DNA from: Psammoneis japonica
Taxonomy: Eukaryota
Length of the DNA: 64,000 nucleotides
Assembly: GCA_008632985.1 (NCBI GenBank)
Contig: QPGO01000008.1
Location: forward strand, 786,979 to 850,978
Direction of reading: 5' to 3'
The notes beneath the pieces were generated by a model. It had not been told where the DNA came from. It worked only from the letters and a program-made list of their open reading frames with translations, and made no database searches. Positions 25,101 to 38,918 of this stretch are shown here, piece by piece. A program made the position numbers and the translations under genes. Within the stretch, counting starts at the first letter, position 1, and every line of letters starts with the position of its first letter.

Positions 25101-27797
25101 TCTTGGCCAAAATCTGCTGCCAGAATGATCACAATTGCAAGGCAAAAGTGACAGCAGCGAGTCTTCAAAGAAGTGCATTTGCATGCTGAAATGGCAGAAG
25201 GTGACCATCTTGTTGCAGCCTTTGCACAGTGATCTGATGCTGATGGTCCTGCATGCAAGAAGAGTTGCGTGTTGTGACAGAGCAGGCAGAAACTGCTCAA
25301 GAAGATGCCTGATGGAAATGAACAAGTTGCCATTCCCTGGCAGCTGCCTTGCATTTGTTGGTTAACTGCAGAGCATCCAAATTCCTGTGGCTCATGAAGT
25401 GGGGTGGCACAAGTCTTGTGCCAGCTTTCTCTGTGGTGTGTGTTGAGCAGTGTGGCATTTGGTGTGAGGAGTTTGTCAACACCTTCAAGGTGCCTGACTT
25501 GGAGGGAGATGCACTGTGTGCCACTGGATTGATGTGGTGTGTGTGAAAGATGACCACAAAGTTGGAGAAAGCCATTGGGGTGCACACAAAATTTGAGTTC
25601 CACCTTCCCACTTGCAGTGTGCTGGAGGAGGGCATGGAAGTGGATCAGATGATGACACTGTTTGAGGATGTGCTTGGACCAGATGACTTGATTGAGATTT
25701 GTGCAGGAACTGTCCTCAAATGGTTGGACATGGTGAGAGAATGTCTCACCTCTGTGGAGTGCCATCTCACAGGTCTCCTTTCCATTGCAACTTGTTGGGT
25801 GCTGACCTTCAAACCCTTGAGCGTGCTGTCCCTCAATCAGTGACACAGATGCCCAGCAGCAACTGTGAAGGCTTGCACCTTGCTGACTGCTGTTGTGCTT
25901 CGTCTGTGCAGTGCAGATTGAGTTTGCTTTGAGAAGTTGGAGATTTTGTAAATCCTGGAAATCCTCAGAGGCAGTCACCTGAGAAGCTGCCTTCACACTT
26001 TTGATGACAACGTTGGCAGCCATGAGGTCAATGTTCCACAAGGCAACACTTCTCTTTCATTGCCACCAAAACCGCAGCAGCACATTTGGGCTCAAACTGA
26101 AAAGGTTCTGGAAAAGGTTGTCTCATCCCCCCATGTGAGCAGCAGGCTAAGATGCTGCTTTGGGTTTCCAACACATTCAATGTGGCTTCCTTGCAAATGA
26201 CACAAAAGATGTGAAGCTCTCAACCAGACTTTAATTTTGCCTTGCTCAACCATCAAGACCCTGCAACGGTGATGCAAATTCCCACCTGTGTCTGGAGTGC
26301 ATCTGCAGTGGCTGCAGTCACCTCAACAGCAGGAAGGCCTTCAGATGTGACCCCCATGATGCCAACACAGCACAGAATTTGTTTCCATCCGCCCACATGC
26401 AACTCATGCTCTGGATTGGTCATGCCTTTCAGAAACTGGCCCCAAGACACAGCACCAGACTCAGTGCAAGACACAAAAAGAGCTTTTCAAGAGACTTTCT
26501 TGTGTTTCCCAGGAAAGTTCAAGCTTCTGCAGTTTTTCAATGCGCCCATGTGTCAAGCTGACCTTTTCTCCTTTGGTTCATTTTCTGTGCAGTTGCTGCT
26601 GTTTCCGGACCCAGTTTGCAAGCACTTCTGCCACTGACCAGACCATTTGCTCTTGCAAACTCCAACAATCTCAGCCATTTTTGCATCCAAACAGCATCAT
26701 GTTCTTTTGACAATGAGACTGTTTTGCTTTCACCACCTTTTTTCATTTGCTTTGAGAAGCCCACACATTAAAATTGGTGGTTTTTTTGCTGCTCCAATGC
26801 ATGAGACCTGACAATCTTGCCAAGGAGAGATGTTTGCAAGTTTTGTGAGGCAGCAGATGCAGCACTGTTTTCATTGTGGGCTGACGCTGAGACTTCTGGA
26901 AACATCTCTGTGACAATCTGTTCCAGCAAAGAACTGCAGGGGCTCACCAGGTTGTGACACTCATCAGTGGTTTCTTGGTTCGATTGATTTTGAACCACAG
27001 CAGATCCCTTGCAACCATGTTTGGAGTTTTGATTGTGCTTTCTTCCATTCTTTTTTTAAACCATTTTTTCTTTTGCTGGCAGAGGTGCGCAAAGGTTGAG
27101 CTTGAGTTGCCAGCAACACTGACCAAAATCTTGATTCCACTCTTCTTCCCAGGTGACCCAGTCAATCAAAAATTGCGGCGAGCTGAGCAATCAAACAAAG
27201 ATGTTTTTCCCTCGTTGCTGTGAGCAATCATTTGAGCAATCAATTTGACGTCTCCGTGTGTAGAAGTGCACTTGTTCCTGGGTGCAAATTCCCGTGCTGA
27301 TGACAGAGAATCTTTGAGGCTCTGTGAGTGACACGAAAAGCAAAACAACACTTGTGCTCTCTCTGTGCTGCATGCGTGCCAATCAAATGTGCTCAGATGC
27401 AGTTCTGCACACGGCTCTACTCTGATTGTCTCCTTTCGCTTGTTGACTTTGACTCACAGTCCGCCGGTTGTCGCATCCTTGGCCTTCGATCGATTTGTGA
27501 GTGGAAGCTGTCGTGACACGAACGACAAACGAATTGCGCAGAAAATGCACTACAATCTATGGAGAAAGGTTTTGCTCATGCACCAGATGCACGCGAAACG
27601 ATTTTGGAGGCAGTCATTCAGTGGAGGATGGCAAGATGGTGCCAACAAATCTGTTTGCTTTTTTTATTTTGAGTGGACTTGAGACTGAGACAATGGTGTT
27701 AGGCTGGCATTGTGTGTTCTCTGTTTGCACATCACCATGCAGTTGATTTCTCACACCCATCAAAAGCAGCTCCTCGTTGTTGATTCCAGCATTAAAA

Positions 27798-28580
27798 ATG
27801 ACAATTGAAGATGCCGTCGCAGATCAAAATGCGACTTTGAAAAAATGCACCTGCATCGTTGTAGCATGCCACGGCAAGCGCTTGGATTGTGTCATGTGTG
27901 ATGCAGGTGAAAACTGGATTCCAACGATGGACACCCCATGGGATCTGCCATTGACCAAGGAGGGTGTTGAACAGGGATGTCAGTTGGGAGAAAAAGTGAA
28001 AGAGGTTTTATCCAAACACGGTCTTTTTCCTGTTTCAGCAATTCACTCCTCTCCCTTGTCTTTTGAAGCACATTGGATTTTAGACACCCACCGTTCATGG
28101 TGCGTTCCTGAATCAAATGGCACTTGGGGGTTCCACAAAAAGCCAAGCCGTGATGAAGACGATCACATTGATTTGAGCGAGGTCCACGGCAAAGCCAAGA
28201 TGCCTGTGCAGTCGCCACTGGCAAACTGTCACAAAGCCAATGACAAGGACACTGCACTCGACAATGAATGCTCTTCGGTGCATCAAATTGGCAAAGCTTG
28301 TCAGTGGGGACACTTTGAGTCTCGTTCTGAACAACAGAGAGAATCTTCTCCGTGGTCCAGATGCTCGCCAAGAATCACCACAGGGGCAAAACCATGCTGC
28401 TGGTCTCGCATGGTGAACCAGCGACGCATCTTCATGAGCATCTCACCGGCAACAACTGGTCCATGCATGGTGAGAGCTCCCATGGATGCCACAGTGTTTG
28501 CGTGCAAGTCAAGGGTGAAGAGGACTGGGAACCAGTCATTGTCAACGAGTCAATTTCGTCCACCTCTGAGAACCATGTAG
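27798..28580 (+). pseudogene. Histidine phosphatase (phosphoglycerate mutase-like) pseudogene
   Basis: IVVACHGKRLDC (family RHGERxD), PWDLPLTKEGVEQG, HSSPL, LLVSHG; frameshifted, catalytic Arg lost by CG->TG. Confidence 0.8.
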
Positions 28581-29714
28581 ACTGGCACCACATGCACGCA
28601 TTGCACTGTGCTGTCATGCACTGTTGGTCCCCAAGGCATGTCTTTTACTCAAGGACACTCTCCTGAACGATGGCAAAGTGACGTTTGCCCAGTTTCTCAA
28701 GGCGCTCAAGGAGAAAGAACCCAAGGATGCTTTGGGCGACGGCAACACAGGCAAACTCGTCACAGCACAGCCTTGCGGCTTGGTCCACTTTTGTCAGTTG
28801 CGTTCCATGGCTGTCAAAGGTGGCAATGTCGACCTTGATGATGGAGACGATTTGGGACGTGCCACTGGGTGTGCAGGTTTGAACTCAATCATGTGCACCA
28901 TCTCAGTGGATGCTTTTGCAGACAATGTCCACACAGAGGCATTTTCACGGCCCACGGTAAATCCAAGATGCCTGTGCAGTTGCCATCAGCAGACTGTTGC
29001 AAAGCCATTAATGAGGATGCTTTGATCGACAACAAATGCTCTTCTGTGCATCAAATTGGCAAAGCTTGTCAGTGGGGAAACTTTGAGCCTCGTTCAGAAC
29101 AATGAGAGAGAATGTTCTCCATGGTCCAAACGCTTGCCAGCAATCACCACAGGAACAAAACCATGCTGCTGGTCTTGCATGGTGGACCAGTGATGCATCT
29201 TTGTGAGCATCTCACCGGCAACAACTGGTCAGTGCATTGTGAGAGCTCTTGTGGATTCTACAGTGCTTGCGTGCAGGTCAAGGGTGAAGAGGATTGGGAG
29301 CCAGTCACTGTCAACGAGTTGATTTCATCCACTTCTGAGAGCCATGCAGACCAGCACCACACACACACATTGCACTGTGTTGTCATGTGCTGTTGGATCA
29401 CAAGACATGTCTTTTGCTCAAGGATGCTCTCCTGAATGATGGCAAAGCAACGTTTGACCAGTTTCTTGAGGCACTCAAGGAGAAAATGCTTTGGGCGATG
29501 GCAGCGCAGGCAAACTCGCCATGGTGCAGCCTGGCGGCTTGATCCACTTTCATCAGTTGCGTTCCATGGCTGTTCAGGGTGGCAACGTCAACCTTGATGA
29601 CAGAGACGATTTGGGATGTGCCACTGGGCATGCCATTGTGAACTCAATCATGCACACCATCTCCGTGGATGTTTTTTGCAGATGATGTCTACACAGAGGC
29701 ATTTTCACGGCCCA
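28183..29714 (+). repeat. ~770-bp tandem duplication (units ~28183-28952 and ~28953-29714)
   Basis: Both units begin CCACGG(C/T)AAA(G/T)CCAAGATGCCTGTGCAGT and end ACACAGAGGCATTTTCACGGCCCA; each carries the phosphatase C-terminus plus an unidentified coding fragment. Confidence 0.85.
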
Positions 29715-31586
29715 TGATTGTGATCTTGTGTTGGAGATTCTGGTCATGATCATGCTCCCAACACACTGGCCAACTTGACGGTGGAGCTGGCAACCATGGG
29801 TGACATGAAAAAGGTCAAACGCCCGCAGTCCCAAACGTCGGCCTTCGCACTCAGATTGCCGTCCATGCCTTTGTCAAGGTCTCCTCCACCAAAACGGGCA
29901 CTTCTTTGGAACCATTGTCTGTGAAGACACGGCAACAATGACATTCACATGGACATTTTGTGTGCTCCATTCCCCCCACAACTTGCACCAATGAGTTCTT
30001 TCCATCCATCTGTGCCAAAATTTGAGTGTGACCATTTCAACTTCGATTCCCCTCTTGTTGGATTTTCTCAATCACCTTGTCAAGTCGACCAACCTGTGTT
30101 GCCTCGCTCCACACAACACGTCAGAAATGGGAAGCTTCCTTGCCACCAACCTTTGCGCAAGAAGGCAAGGCAGTGCTTGCTGCCAATTTTTTCCTGGCTT
30201 CATTGTGGGCGCTGCATGACATGCTTTTTCATGAGTGGTGTCTGTTGATGCCGGGAGAAAGAAAATCTCGCAAAACTGTCGGCACTGACAAGGTGCCTTG
30301 TGAGACGCATTGAGCACTGTGCCTCAAGCATGAGAGTGTGCCCGTGTGGGATCAGTCCTTGCGCGTGCCTTCAGTGAATTGGTGTGTCATGTCTGTCTTT
30401 GCTTGCACGAGTTGTCTTTGAACCGTCAACTGACAAAAACGTTTTTTTTTTGTTTTTGCAGTTTCTCTGGCAAAGACGCCCTCGTCAGTGCTTCTGTCGA
30501 GAAGAAGGACGACAACGACAGCAAGTTGGCTGGGAAAACATGGATTTGCTCCAAGACACAAGGCATTGCTCTGAGTTTGGGAGATCCCATCACGAGCGGC
30601 AAGAGATCCACACCCAAAGCCAAGCAGCAAAAAAAACGATTGGGATGGAGAACACAGAGCATCTTATGAACCAAAAACACCGCTTCGTCTGTTGATCCCA
30701 GGTCCTGCTCTCTGGGCTTCTCTGCCCTCGGTTTGGTGTCCCGGGCCACTGCCAATGGGGTCAATTGCTTCCTTGACACCAGTTGGGAACGCGTCGTGTG
30801 AAGAAAAGAGCGCAAGGCTGGGCATTTTGTGGATCAAGCCTCTGCTGGCAATGTGTGTGGTTGGAGATGACAAGATTGCATGGTGACCCATTGTTTGAAC
30901 AAGAAGATTCTAAAAAGCTGCACAATGACAAAGTTCTGTGCATTTGCTCCAGACGCCACAGAACGTTTTCCATCGTTTGTCACCATGGAGAGGAGCTGCC
31001 ATCCTTCCTGGTGCGCAGACAGAATCATTCCGTGATGCCAATGCTCACCTTGTATTTCCATTCTTCCACAATTCATTCTCCACATCCAAAATGAGCAAGG
31101 GTTTGGTTCATTGACTGCCGCGGGTCTTGAGCAAATGCAGAGTCGTCATTTTGCATTGAAGAACCAATCATGCCTGGTGCACATTTTGTTTCGGAAAACA
31201 CAAGTCGCGGGGTGGGACCCACTGTCACTTGAACCTTGGTGCTTCAACAAAGACTGACTGCCGCGCATCGTTTCAAGTCAGGTGGTCGAACCAGGGCACA
31301 AAGGGTGCACTTCTGTGTTGACAAAATGAAGAGAAAAAGCAATGTCAGTGAGCATGTCTCGAACAAAAAGAAATGCAGACACAGAATTGACTTACGCTGG
31401 GGGTGCATTCGAATGTGACGTAACACAACGAACGCACCCCATGGTGTTGTGAATTGCATGACAAACTCGTGCAATGTTGGAGAGCCTTTGATGCACACAA
31501 AAGCTGCACTGTGCCATGAAATGGAGTCGAGAGATGCCCCCATGCATGCTCGATTTCCAAAGGCACAAAACAAGCAGTCAATGAGT

Positions 31587-32876
31587 CTAGCGGCGACTCA
31601 TGATCCTTGCAGATCTGCGCATGACACGCCCAGCATTAGATGACAGAAAGACGCTGCCAGTGGCTTGACGGAGCCTGGGCGAGCATCTCAATGGGACAGT
31701 GTGGACTTGCTTTTCCTTGTCACTCACAAGTGCAGCAACAGGAACAACATCCTCCTCTGCCACTGGATTGTTGTCAGCAGCCACATCCTGAACGTCAAAA
31801 GTGTCATCAGGCTCCTCGGCTGCAACTCCAAGAACGACTTCCTCGTCATCGTGTGCAGCAATCGCAGGATCGTCCATGGCGTCAGCTGCAGCAGGTTCCT
31901 CAACGTCAGCAACGGGAATGCCCACCTCCGCATCGACTGGAGCAACGTCAACAGCCACAGCAGGAGCCACATCCTGAACATTGAATGTGTCGTCAGGCTC
32001 CTCGGCTGCAATTCCAAGAACGACTTCCTCGTCATGGTGTGCAGCAATTGCAGGATCATCTGTGGCATCAGCTGCAGCAGGCTCCTCAACGTCAGCAACA
32101 GGAACGCCCACCTCTGCATCAACTGGAGCATCGTCAACAGCCACAGCAGGCTCGTTCAAGGCATCATCAGCATCAGGAACTGCTTGCTGTTCAATCGCCG
32201 CTGGAGTCCGCACCCATCCACGCCAGTGATCACATGGTGAGTGCGATTGACATTCACGAATGCATTGGTTCTGTTTCCGTTCAAACTCAAGCAGAGCTGC
32301 AGTCAACCTCTGACCATCCAACAAAGGCATCACACGAGTGCATCGAGGGGACCAAAGTCCTCGTTGAGCAGCCACGCCAGTTGGGACTGGAGGGGCGTCA
32401 CCAAGGCAAACGTCTCGAAGCATCATTCGGTCCGGTCTCCATCTGATCTGACCGTGACCAAATGCTTTGCGCTTCAAAAGCAGCAGCCATGGGAACACAA
32501 ACTGCAAGGGAACACACATGGCATGACACATGGTCCATGCAACCAATGCAACCGCGAGAGCAGCTGCAACAGCATCGCACACTCGATCTCAAAGAAGAGT
32601 GGCAAGGTCATCGATTTCCACAATCTGGCAGTGCAAGAAATGGACCTTGTCACCAATCAACTTCAACGAGGAGTGCATGAACATCCCAGCACACAAGGCA
32701 AGGAAAACTTGCCAGATTGCAACAACAAAGGACACAACAGCATGAATCATGTGGCGAATCTTGTCCCACGCTTCCAAAAGGAAACCGCCAACGATTCGGC
32801 CATGGCTCTGCTTGCCGTGAAATGAGCACAGCACAAGATTGACAAATTGAATGAGCAGTGCAATGCATGCAATCAC
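31587..32876 (-). pseudogene. Unknown gene with hydrophobic N-terminus, acidic repeats and RRSAR-type basic tail, copy 1
   Basis: 331-aa ORF plus upstream frameshifted part (MIACIALLIQFVNL); 186-bp internal tandem repeat 31779-31964/31965-32150; homologous to 37130-38406. Confidence 0.55.
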
Positions 32877-34261
32877 AATGGGGGCAGCAGCATCAACAAA
32901 GACAGATTGGTGTCAGAGTGTTTCAATGCAAGCAAAACTTGAAATTGTGTGGTGAGCGTGACGGTCGCTCGTTGTTGCGGTTGGCCCATTCGTGAATGCG
33001 CAGAAACTGCACCAGAGAAGCCCGCAGACAATCCGATGGAGTCCCGCTCACGATTTTTGATTTCACGGGATGTGTGCATGTTTGCGTTTGGTTGGTTGCA
33101 GGCTTCTTGGCAGGAACAATCAGAGACCAAGACTGACGATGGATTCACACATGATGAACACTGTCCATTTTAGAGCCATTTCTTGCTTCCTGCATCCGCA
33201 GCACATTCCCGGCACACTTTGGCACGTCAAGCAGATCACCCGCTTGGGGGCTCAGACTCGAGAGCTCACACCATCCACTCGTGTCCTCAGCATCGTATGT
33301 TCGCACATCAAAGAAGTGTGCCTGCATCATTTCTTGCATCTCTCACCAATTCAGTTCTTCTCATCTCTTGACCAAGTCCAGCATGACGCAAACCGCATCC
33401 AAGCCACTAAATGGTGCTTCACTTTTTTTGAAAGGCTTTGGAATCGGGCTTTGGAGTCAGCAGCTGGAAAGGGGAAAAACCATCGAACAAGCGGTTGCTT
33501 CAATTTTGAAATCTTCCGCACCAACAGTGGTGGATGACGTGCTTGACTGTCGCCATTCCAGCACATGCCTTTTCAGGAAACAAGTGCCACAACAGCTGTG
33601 GGACTGAAGAAAAAAAAGGCACTCTGCGTGAGCAAAGCAATGATGGCTCATGTCCCTGTGCACATCAGCAACCCGTTGTGTGCATGTGAGTTGTGACGGA
33701 GGCGTCTCAATCACCCCATGCGTCCAAGGGTCAATGATGGGGGTGCGCTGCAAGAAACAGGATGTGTTGCACATGACTTGCCCGTCTGCACGAGTGAACG
33801 ATCCAGGTCTGGGCATCATCACGTCTTTCATCAAAACTCTCCTTGGTGTTTGCTGGCAAAGTTGATGTGAATGAGACTCGCTGCTGATTTTGCACCGATG
33901 GCAGTTGGAAAGGAAAACCCGAGAGGGTCACAACTGTGGAGACCCTGTGGCTCACCACACTGACACTGCACTCGCAGTCCATCCCACAAGCTGTGAGGAC
34001 AGCGGAGTTTGGAACACTGGTCAAGGTGTTCCCTTCTTGCACCTGGAAACACTCAAGCATTTTGCTCTTTCAGTTGACGAGACTGCCTTTCTCGGTGCTG
34101 TCCTTGAATTTGAAGATCCCCGTTGGGCAGAAGGAAGACCTCTCATGTGACTCAGCCAGTCGACCCTTGAAATGAAGCTTCAACATGTGCAATGCCAAAA
34201 TCGAATGACCACGACAGAAGTGGAACATGCAAAGGAAGCATTTGCCTGCAATCCAGGATTA

Positions 34262-34500
34262 ATCTTCAACGTTCCAAACTCGTTTCCAACTCTTGGAGAT
34301 CTTCCATGAAGGAGCAATTCAGTTGGACACAACTCCGGCCTTTCTTGGCTAGCACCAATGCATCATTGCGGCTCAGTGCAAACTTTTGCATCAAGTGCAC
34401 AACAACAATGGCCCCAGATTGCGAAACGCCCATGCTGCAGTGCACCAACACATGTTTGCCACTGCGGATGTTCCTCGCATTTTTTGTCCGAATGTGGAAG
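34262..34500 (-). pseudogene. Dual-specificity phosphatase C-terminal fragment
   Basis: KHVLVHCSMGVSQSGAIVVVHLMQ...RSCVQLNCSFMEDL matches VHCxxGxSRS...AYLM...R..I.PN.GF..QL with R->Q and Y->H. Confidence 0.8.
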
Positions 34501-34719
34501 ACTCTGTTTGTTTCAAAAAGGTCGGGTTGCCGAGAAGACATGTCCCCACCCAGAAACGAGCCGCATCATTGGAAAGAGTTGACATCTTGACAGTGCTGTT
34601 AAACACATTTTCTTCTTCTTGAAGAATTTTGGGTTCCTCATCCAACGAAGCTGCAAGCTGCCAAGCATCATTTTTCAACATCAAATTTCCATCAAATGTC
34701 GTCATTGAAAGCCATTCTT

Positions 34720-36560
34720 GAGTCATCAGTTTGTCCCAGATGACACCAGCTTGCGTCGGCGGCACTGCCTCAAAATGTCCCTGCCACACCTCGCCTTGCA
34801 TGCCACCGGCAACTCCCAGAAAAGAGGAGCAACTTCAAATGAGACACGGCAGCTTGGTCGAAAGGAGAGATGTGTGCATCGCAGAGAAAAATGCTTGCCT
34901 TCAGCTTTTGGAAAAATTGAGAATCCGTTCACAGCCACAAAGTCTGTCTCTTTTGCAACACCGCCAAGAACAGCTTTTGCTGCATTTTCTGGGAGGCATT
35001 TGAACATTCCGTCATCTTTTCTGCTGGTGAGCCGATCTTGGCATCACGCAGTTTTTTGCTGTCATGCAACCATGCAAAAGGCTTTTCAGATTCACCTTCA
35101 ATTCCATGTTTTCCACCGCATCGTTGTGTCATGGATTTTTTTTGTTGTCATTTGTAAAGTGCAGATCAATGGTTTGACTCAGAGGATGGTTCAGCAGCAC
35201 ACCAACAGACACTGGTGTGGCTTGATCGTCTTGTGCGAGAGGCATGATTGACTTGTGAAACTCTTGGTTGTCCAACAAGAAGGGTGACCGCGCCAATGAA
35301 GAACCTCGTAGCAGCGTTCCTGCACAAATCTCGCTTGTCCCATTCATTGACTCTGTGGCACGTTTGATCAACAAATCAACAGAGTCGAGCTGTGTGTTGC
35401 CGCCATCGCCACCAAGCATTGATGCGACAATTTTTTCAATTTCGTCTTCTGTTGTCTCTGAGTTTTCATCGTTGTCAAAGACAAGCATTTCTCTAGCCCA
35501 TTCCGCAGCATGAGATCTTCAAAGTCGTTCTCAGACGCAGCCACCCTTGTCTCCTCCTTACGATCAATCATTGTCATGAGTGCATTCCAAGTTTCGATCC
35601 CTGCCTCACGTGGATCTCGGTTCTCTTTTGACCTTGCTTGGCAAGCTGTTGCAACAGAGTTCAAGAGTCTGCTGCCACCATGTGCCAGGACTTTTGTTCC
35701 AATTCATCTAAAAGTTGCCCAGCATTCCAACCACTGCATCCGCAGAACACCCAAAAGTCGGTTGAAACTGCATCACCATCATCAACTGGCTTTCGAGCTC
35801 CTTCAAAAGATGTCCACTGCCGGTCAGTCAAAAAGAGAAAATTAGACACAACCATCTCAGAAGTGCCGCAGAGATGAAAAAGAGCAAGTGATCAAACAAA
35901 CCTCAATTCCACTCAGCACTGGAAACCTCTTCAGCTGCATCACTTGTCAAAGAATGCAGGCAAACAATCTCAGGATTTTCTGATGACAAACCTTTTACGT
36001 CCCCACCAAACCAAACATGCCATTTGTTTTCCTCATCAGTTTTATCCAATGGAGAACCATCCTGGCAAATAAAATCATTGTCAGACAGCACCAGATTTGT
36101 GGGGCGATTCAGCAGCACGCCCCTCGCAAACATGTTTTCGTCGTGTTCCAACACCAAAATTGCACATTTGTGAAAGTGTTGTTGCTGCAATCCATTGCAG
36201 AAGTCTTGCTGCGGCTGACTCAACACAGTTGAGCCTTCTTCAACGGTGTCGCCACTCTCACAAGCCCACGATGGATGGCACCAAGCTTGCTCGAAGAAAG
36301 AGTGTTGCTGGAGTCCATCCGAGGTGTTTTTGCCAAGATTGCTGTTTCCAGACACCAACTGTGCACAAAATTGCCACTGGTCCTTGTCTTCGATGTCGAT
36401 CAAGTCATCTTCATCATCTTTGTCTGGATGTTCAGACTCATTTTGAGGATCCAGCCATCGTTTGTTGGGTTCTGCACATTTTGTGAAGTTCTGCTGGAGC
36501 CTAGAGCGATGCTTTGGCTGCAGAAAGGATTGAACTTTGGCCAGCAACAACGCGACAAAG
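34720..36560 (-). pseudogene. Tandem DUF179 (YqgE/AlgH-like) domain protein pseudogene
   Basis: QQHFHKCAILVLEHD...GVLLNRP...WFGGDV; FWVFCGCSGWNAGQLLDEL (family GYAGW..GQL..E); second repeat QEFHKSI...VGVLLNHP; many frameshifts. Confidence 0.8.
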
Positions 36561-37129
36561 AGATCTGGACAAGCGTGGAGTGCCTTTGAAGTGATGACTT
36601 TGTCACTGGAGATCTCTTGTCTCTGCAGTCTCCACATTTGCTTTGCTGTTCATCACGGTGTGTCGTGTCATCGTTGCTGCTGGTGTGCATCTGCTCCCGC
36701 TCTGAGTTTGGAGCCAGTCCACCACGCAACTCGCACGCGGCACAAGCAAGGACGGACTGAGTGTGACACCATGACATCATTTTGTGTTGTTTTGATGAGT
36801 GAGTGTTGAACACAGTTTGACAGTGCACGCATGTGACACGCGCCCTCCACACACGTCTCGGAGAAAAGCCATCCGCATTCTCCAATTCGCTCACTTTTTC
36901 AACTTGAACAATGCCATTTCAAGAAAACATGGGTGCTTCTAAACATGGCAAGGGTTTTGCAAAAGAACAGGAGCCGTTGATCACCACAGAGGGAAGAGAG
37001 AAACAGCTGAGGATCATGGAGGCCGTCGGAGACCCGCTGATGAGCATGTGCTCAGTGCAGCCTTTGTCTCGGTTCTCGGTTTCACGGTTGTTCAAACAAT
37101 CTTTGCATTGCAAGCAAAGAGTGAGGTGA

Positions 37130-38406
37130 GTGAGCCATTTCATCTGGCATTGTTCTCCAAGTCCTCTTGATCCTCTCCTTCTCGAAGCAATGATGCCACG
37201 TTGCAACAGCCCACCATCCACAGGTTCACCCAAATTGTCCATTGGTTTTTTCCACATGTGGTGGATCATTCAAGGCATCATCAGGCTCCTCGTCTGCCAC
37301 TGGAACAATTTCCTCCTTGGTGACAGAATTGTCATCAACAGCAACAGCAGGGCCAGCCAAGGGCTCCTCTTCACCCTCTCCTTCTAGAACAATGTGGTGT
37401 TGCAACAACCACAGGATCCTCCAAATCGTCTGTTGGCACTTCCATGTCTGGTGGATCATTCAAGGCATTGTCAGGTTCATCACACACTTCAATGACTTCA
37501 TCCACTGGAGCAACTTCCTCTTGCTCAGTGACAGGATCATCGTCAACAGCAATGGGGGGGTTGGCAATTGGGCGGTTCTGCAACCACTGCATCCAGTGGT
37601 GTGCTCAATGGCTGATGGAACAACAACAGCCTTGGTTGCATCATCTGGGTGCAACGTGGGACATGGGCATTGAATGCATTTGGCTGCCCTGCCAGTGTGG
37701 CTGGATTGGAGGAAGGTCACCAACAAAGATGTTCTTGATCAGCTCTTCATCTGGCAGCCACTCCAAGTGCTGCTGACAATGCTGCCAAGCCAGTTTGTCT
37801 TGGTTCTTGTCAATTTGTCTCAAAGCAAAGTCCAACTTCCAATCTGACAGCACTGGAATCTTGGTTGTGCACTTTGGATCTCAAAGAACTTTTGGAGCAG
37901 TCACCCCGGTTGGGATGGCACAAAAGCAAGCACCACATGTGGTGCATTCTTCAGCCCGGCGGGTCTCCATCCGACACTCCTGCGGCAAAAGCAGTTGTGC
38001 TTCAACAACATCAGCCAAGTGACCACAAACCACAAGGGAGCATGGATGGCATGATGCATGGTCCATGCAACCAATGCAACCACAAGAGTGGCCAAAACAG
38101 CATCGGACACTCTGTCCCAAAGAAGTGTGGCAAGGTCATCAATTTCCATCATTCAGCAGTGCAAGAAATGGACAGCAAGCAGCATGTGAACACCACAGCA
38201 AATGCAGCAATGAGAGCTGTGCAGACCACAAGGACAAAGGACACCAGTTCTTCAATCATGCAGCAAATCTTGTCCACGGCAACACACGAGAAAATCCATG
38301 CTTCCCAAAGGAAACCACCAACAACTCGGCCATGGTTCTGCTTGCTGTGAAACACACACAGCAGAAGATTGACAAAAAGAATGAGCAGTGCAATGCATGC
38401 CATCAC
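37130..38406 (-). pseudogene. Unknown gene, copy 2 (diverged paralogue of 31587-32876)
   Basis: MMACIALLILFVNL...EIDDLATLLW...VALVAWTMHHAIHAPLWFV aligns with copy 1; similarity extends ~200 bp into the 5' flank. Confidence 0.55.
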
Positions 38407-38918
38407 AATGGGGTGATGGCATCAACAAAGACAGCTGGCAAGAGTGTGCTTCAATTCAACAAGGTTGGATTTTTGTGTGGTGAGCAGTGAGCGAGACAGT
38501 CGCCTGTTGTTGCGGCTGGCATCATTCGTGAACACGCAGAAACTGTGCTGGAACAGCCCATGGAAAAGCCAACAGTCAGTCATGCTTTTCAAGTTTTGAT
38601 GGAGCACATTTGCATTTGGTTGCTCATGGGCTCTCAAGGGGGGTCATTTGCCACTTTTTTAGCTCAAATTCAACCGAACAGCCAGCGATGTGCATGATTT
38701 TTCTGGAACATTGCCATTTGGCATTGCACATTCTTCAACACATGACAAATGATGATTGTCAGTCTCCAGCTCCAATGAGCCACTCGTGCCCCATCTCCTT
38801 TTTTAATTGAGGCTTTGCCATGCCATGCATGACACAGTGTCATTGTTCCCAACCACTGGTTGTGCATCATTCTTGTGTTGTCCTGCTCTGCCACTTGTGC
38901 ATCCCACATGTTGAAATG

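Larger units (their letters stand above)
12582..27200 (-). other. Heavily decayed, probably formerly coding sequence split by the Copia insertion (12582-15103 plus 22183-~27200); weak SF2/RecQ-like helicase traces at ~23.9-24.6 kb
   Basis: Both TpA and CpG are nearly absent; frameshifted fragments RSPGQRQML...QRQHAI/NMSCGL and RIGTMILTAEH..ELGAF resemble helicase motifs I and II; identity not secure. Confidence 0.3.
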
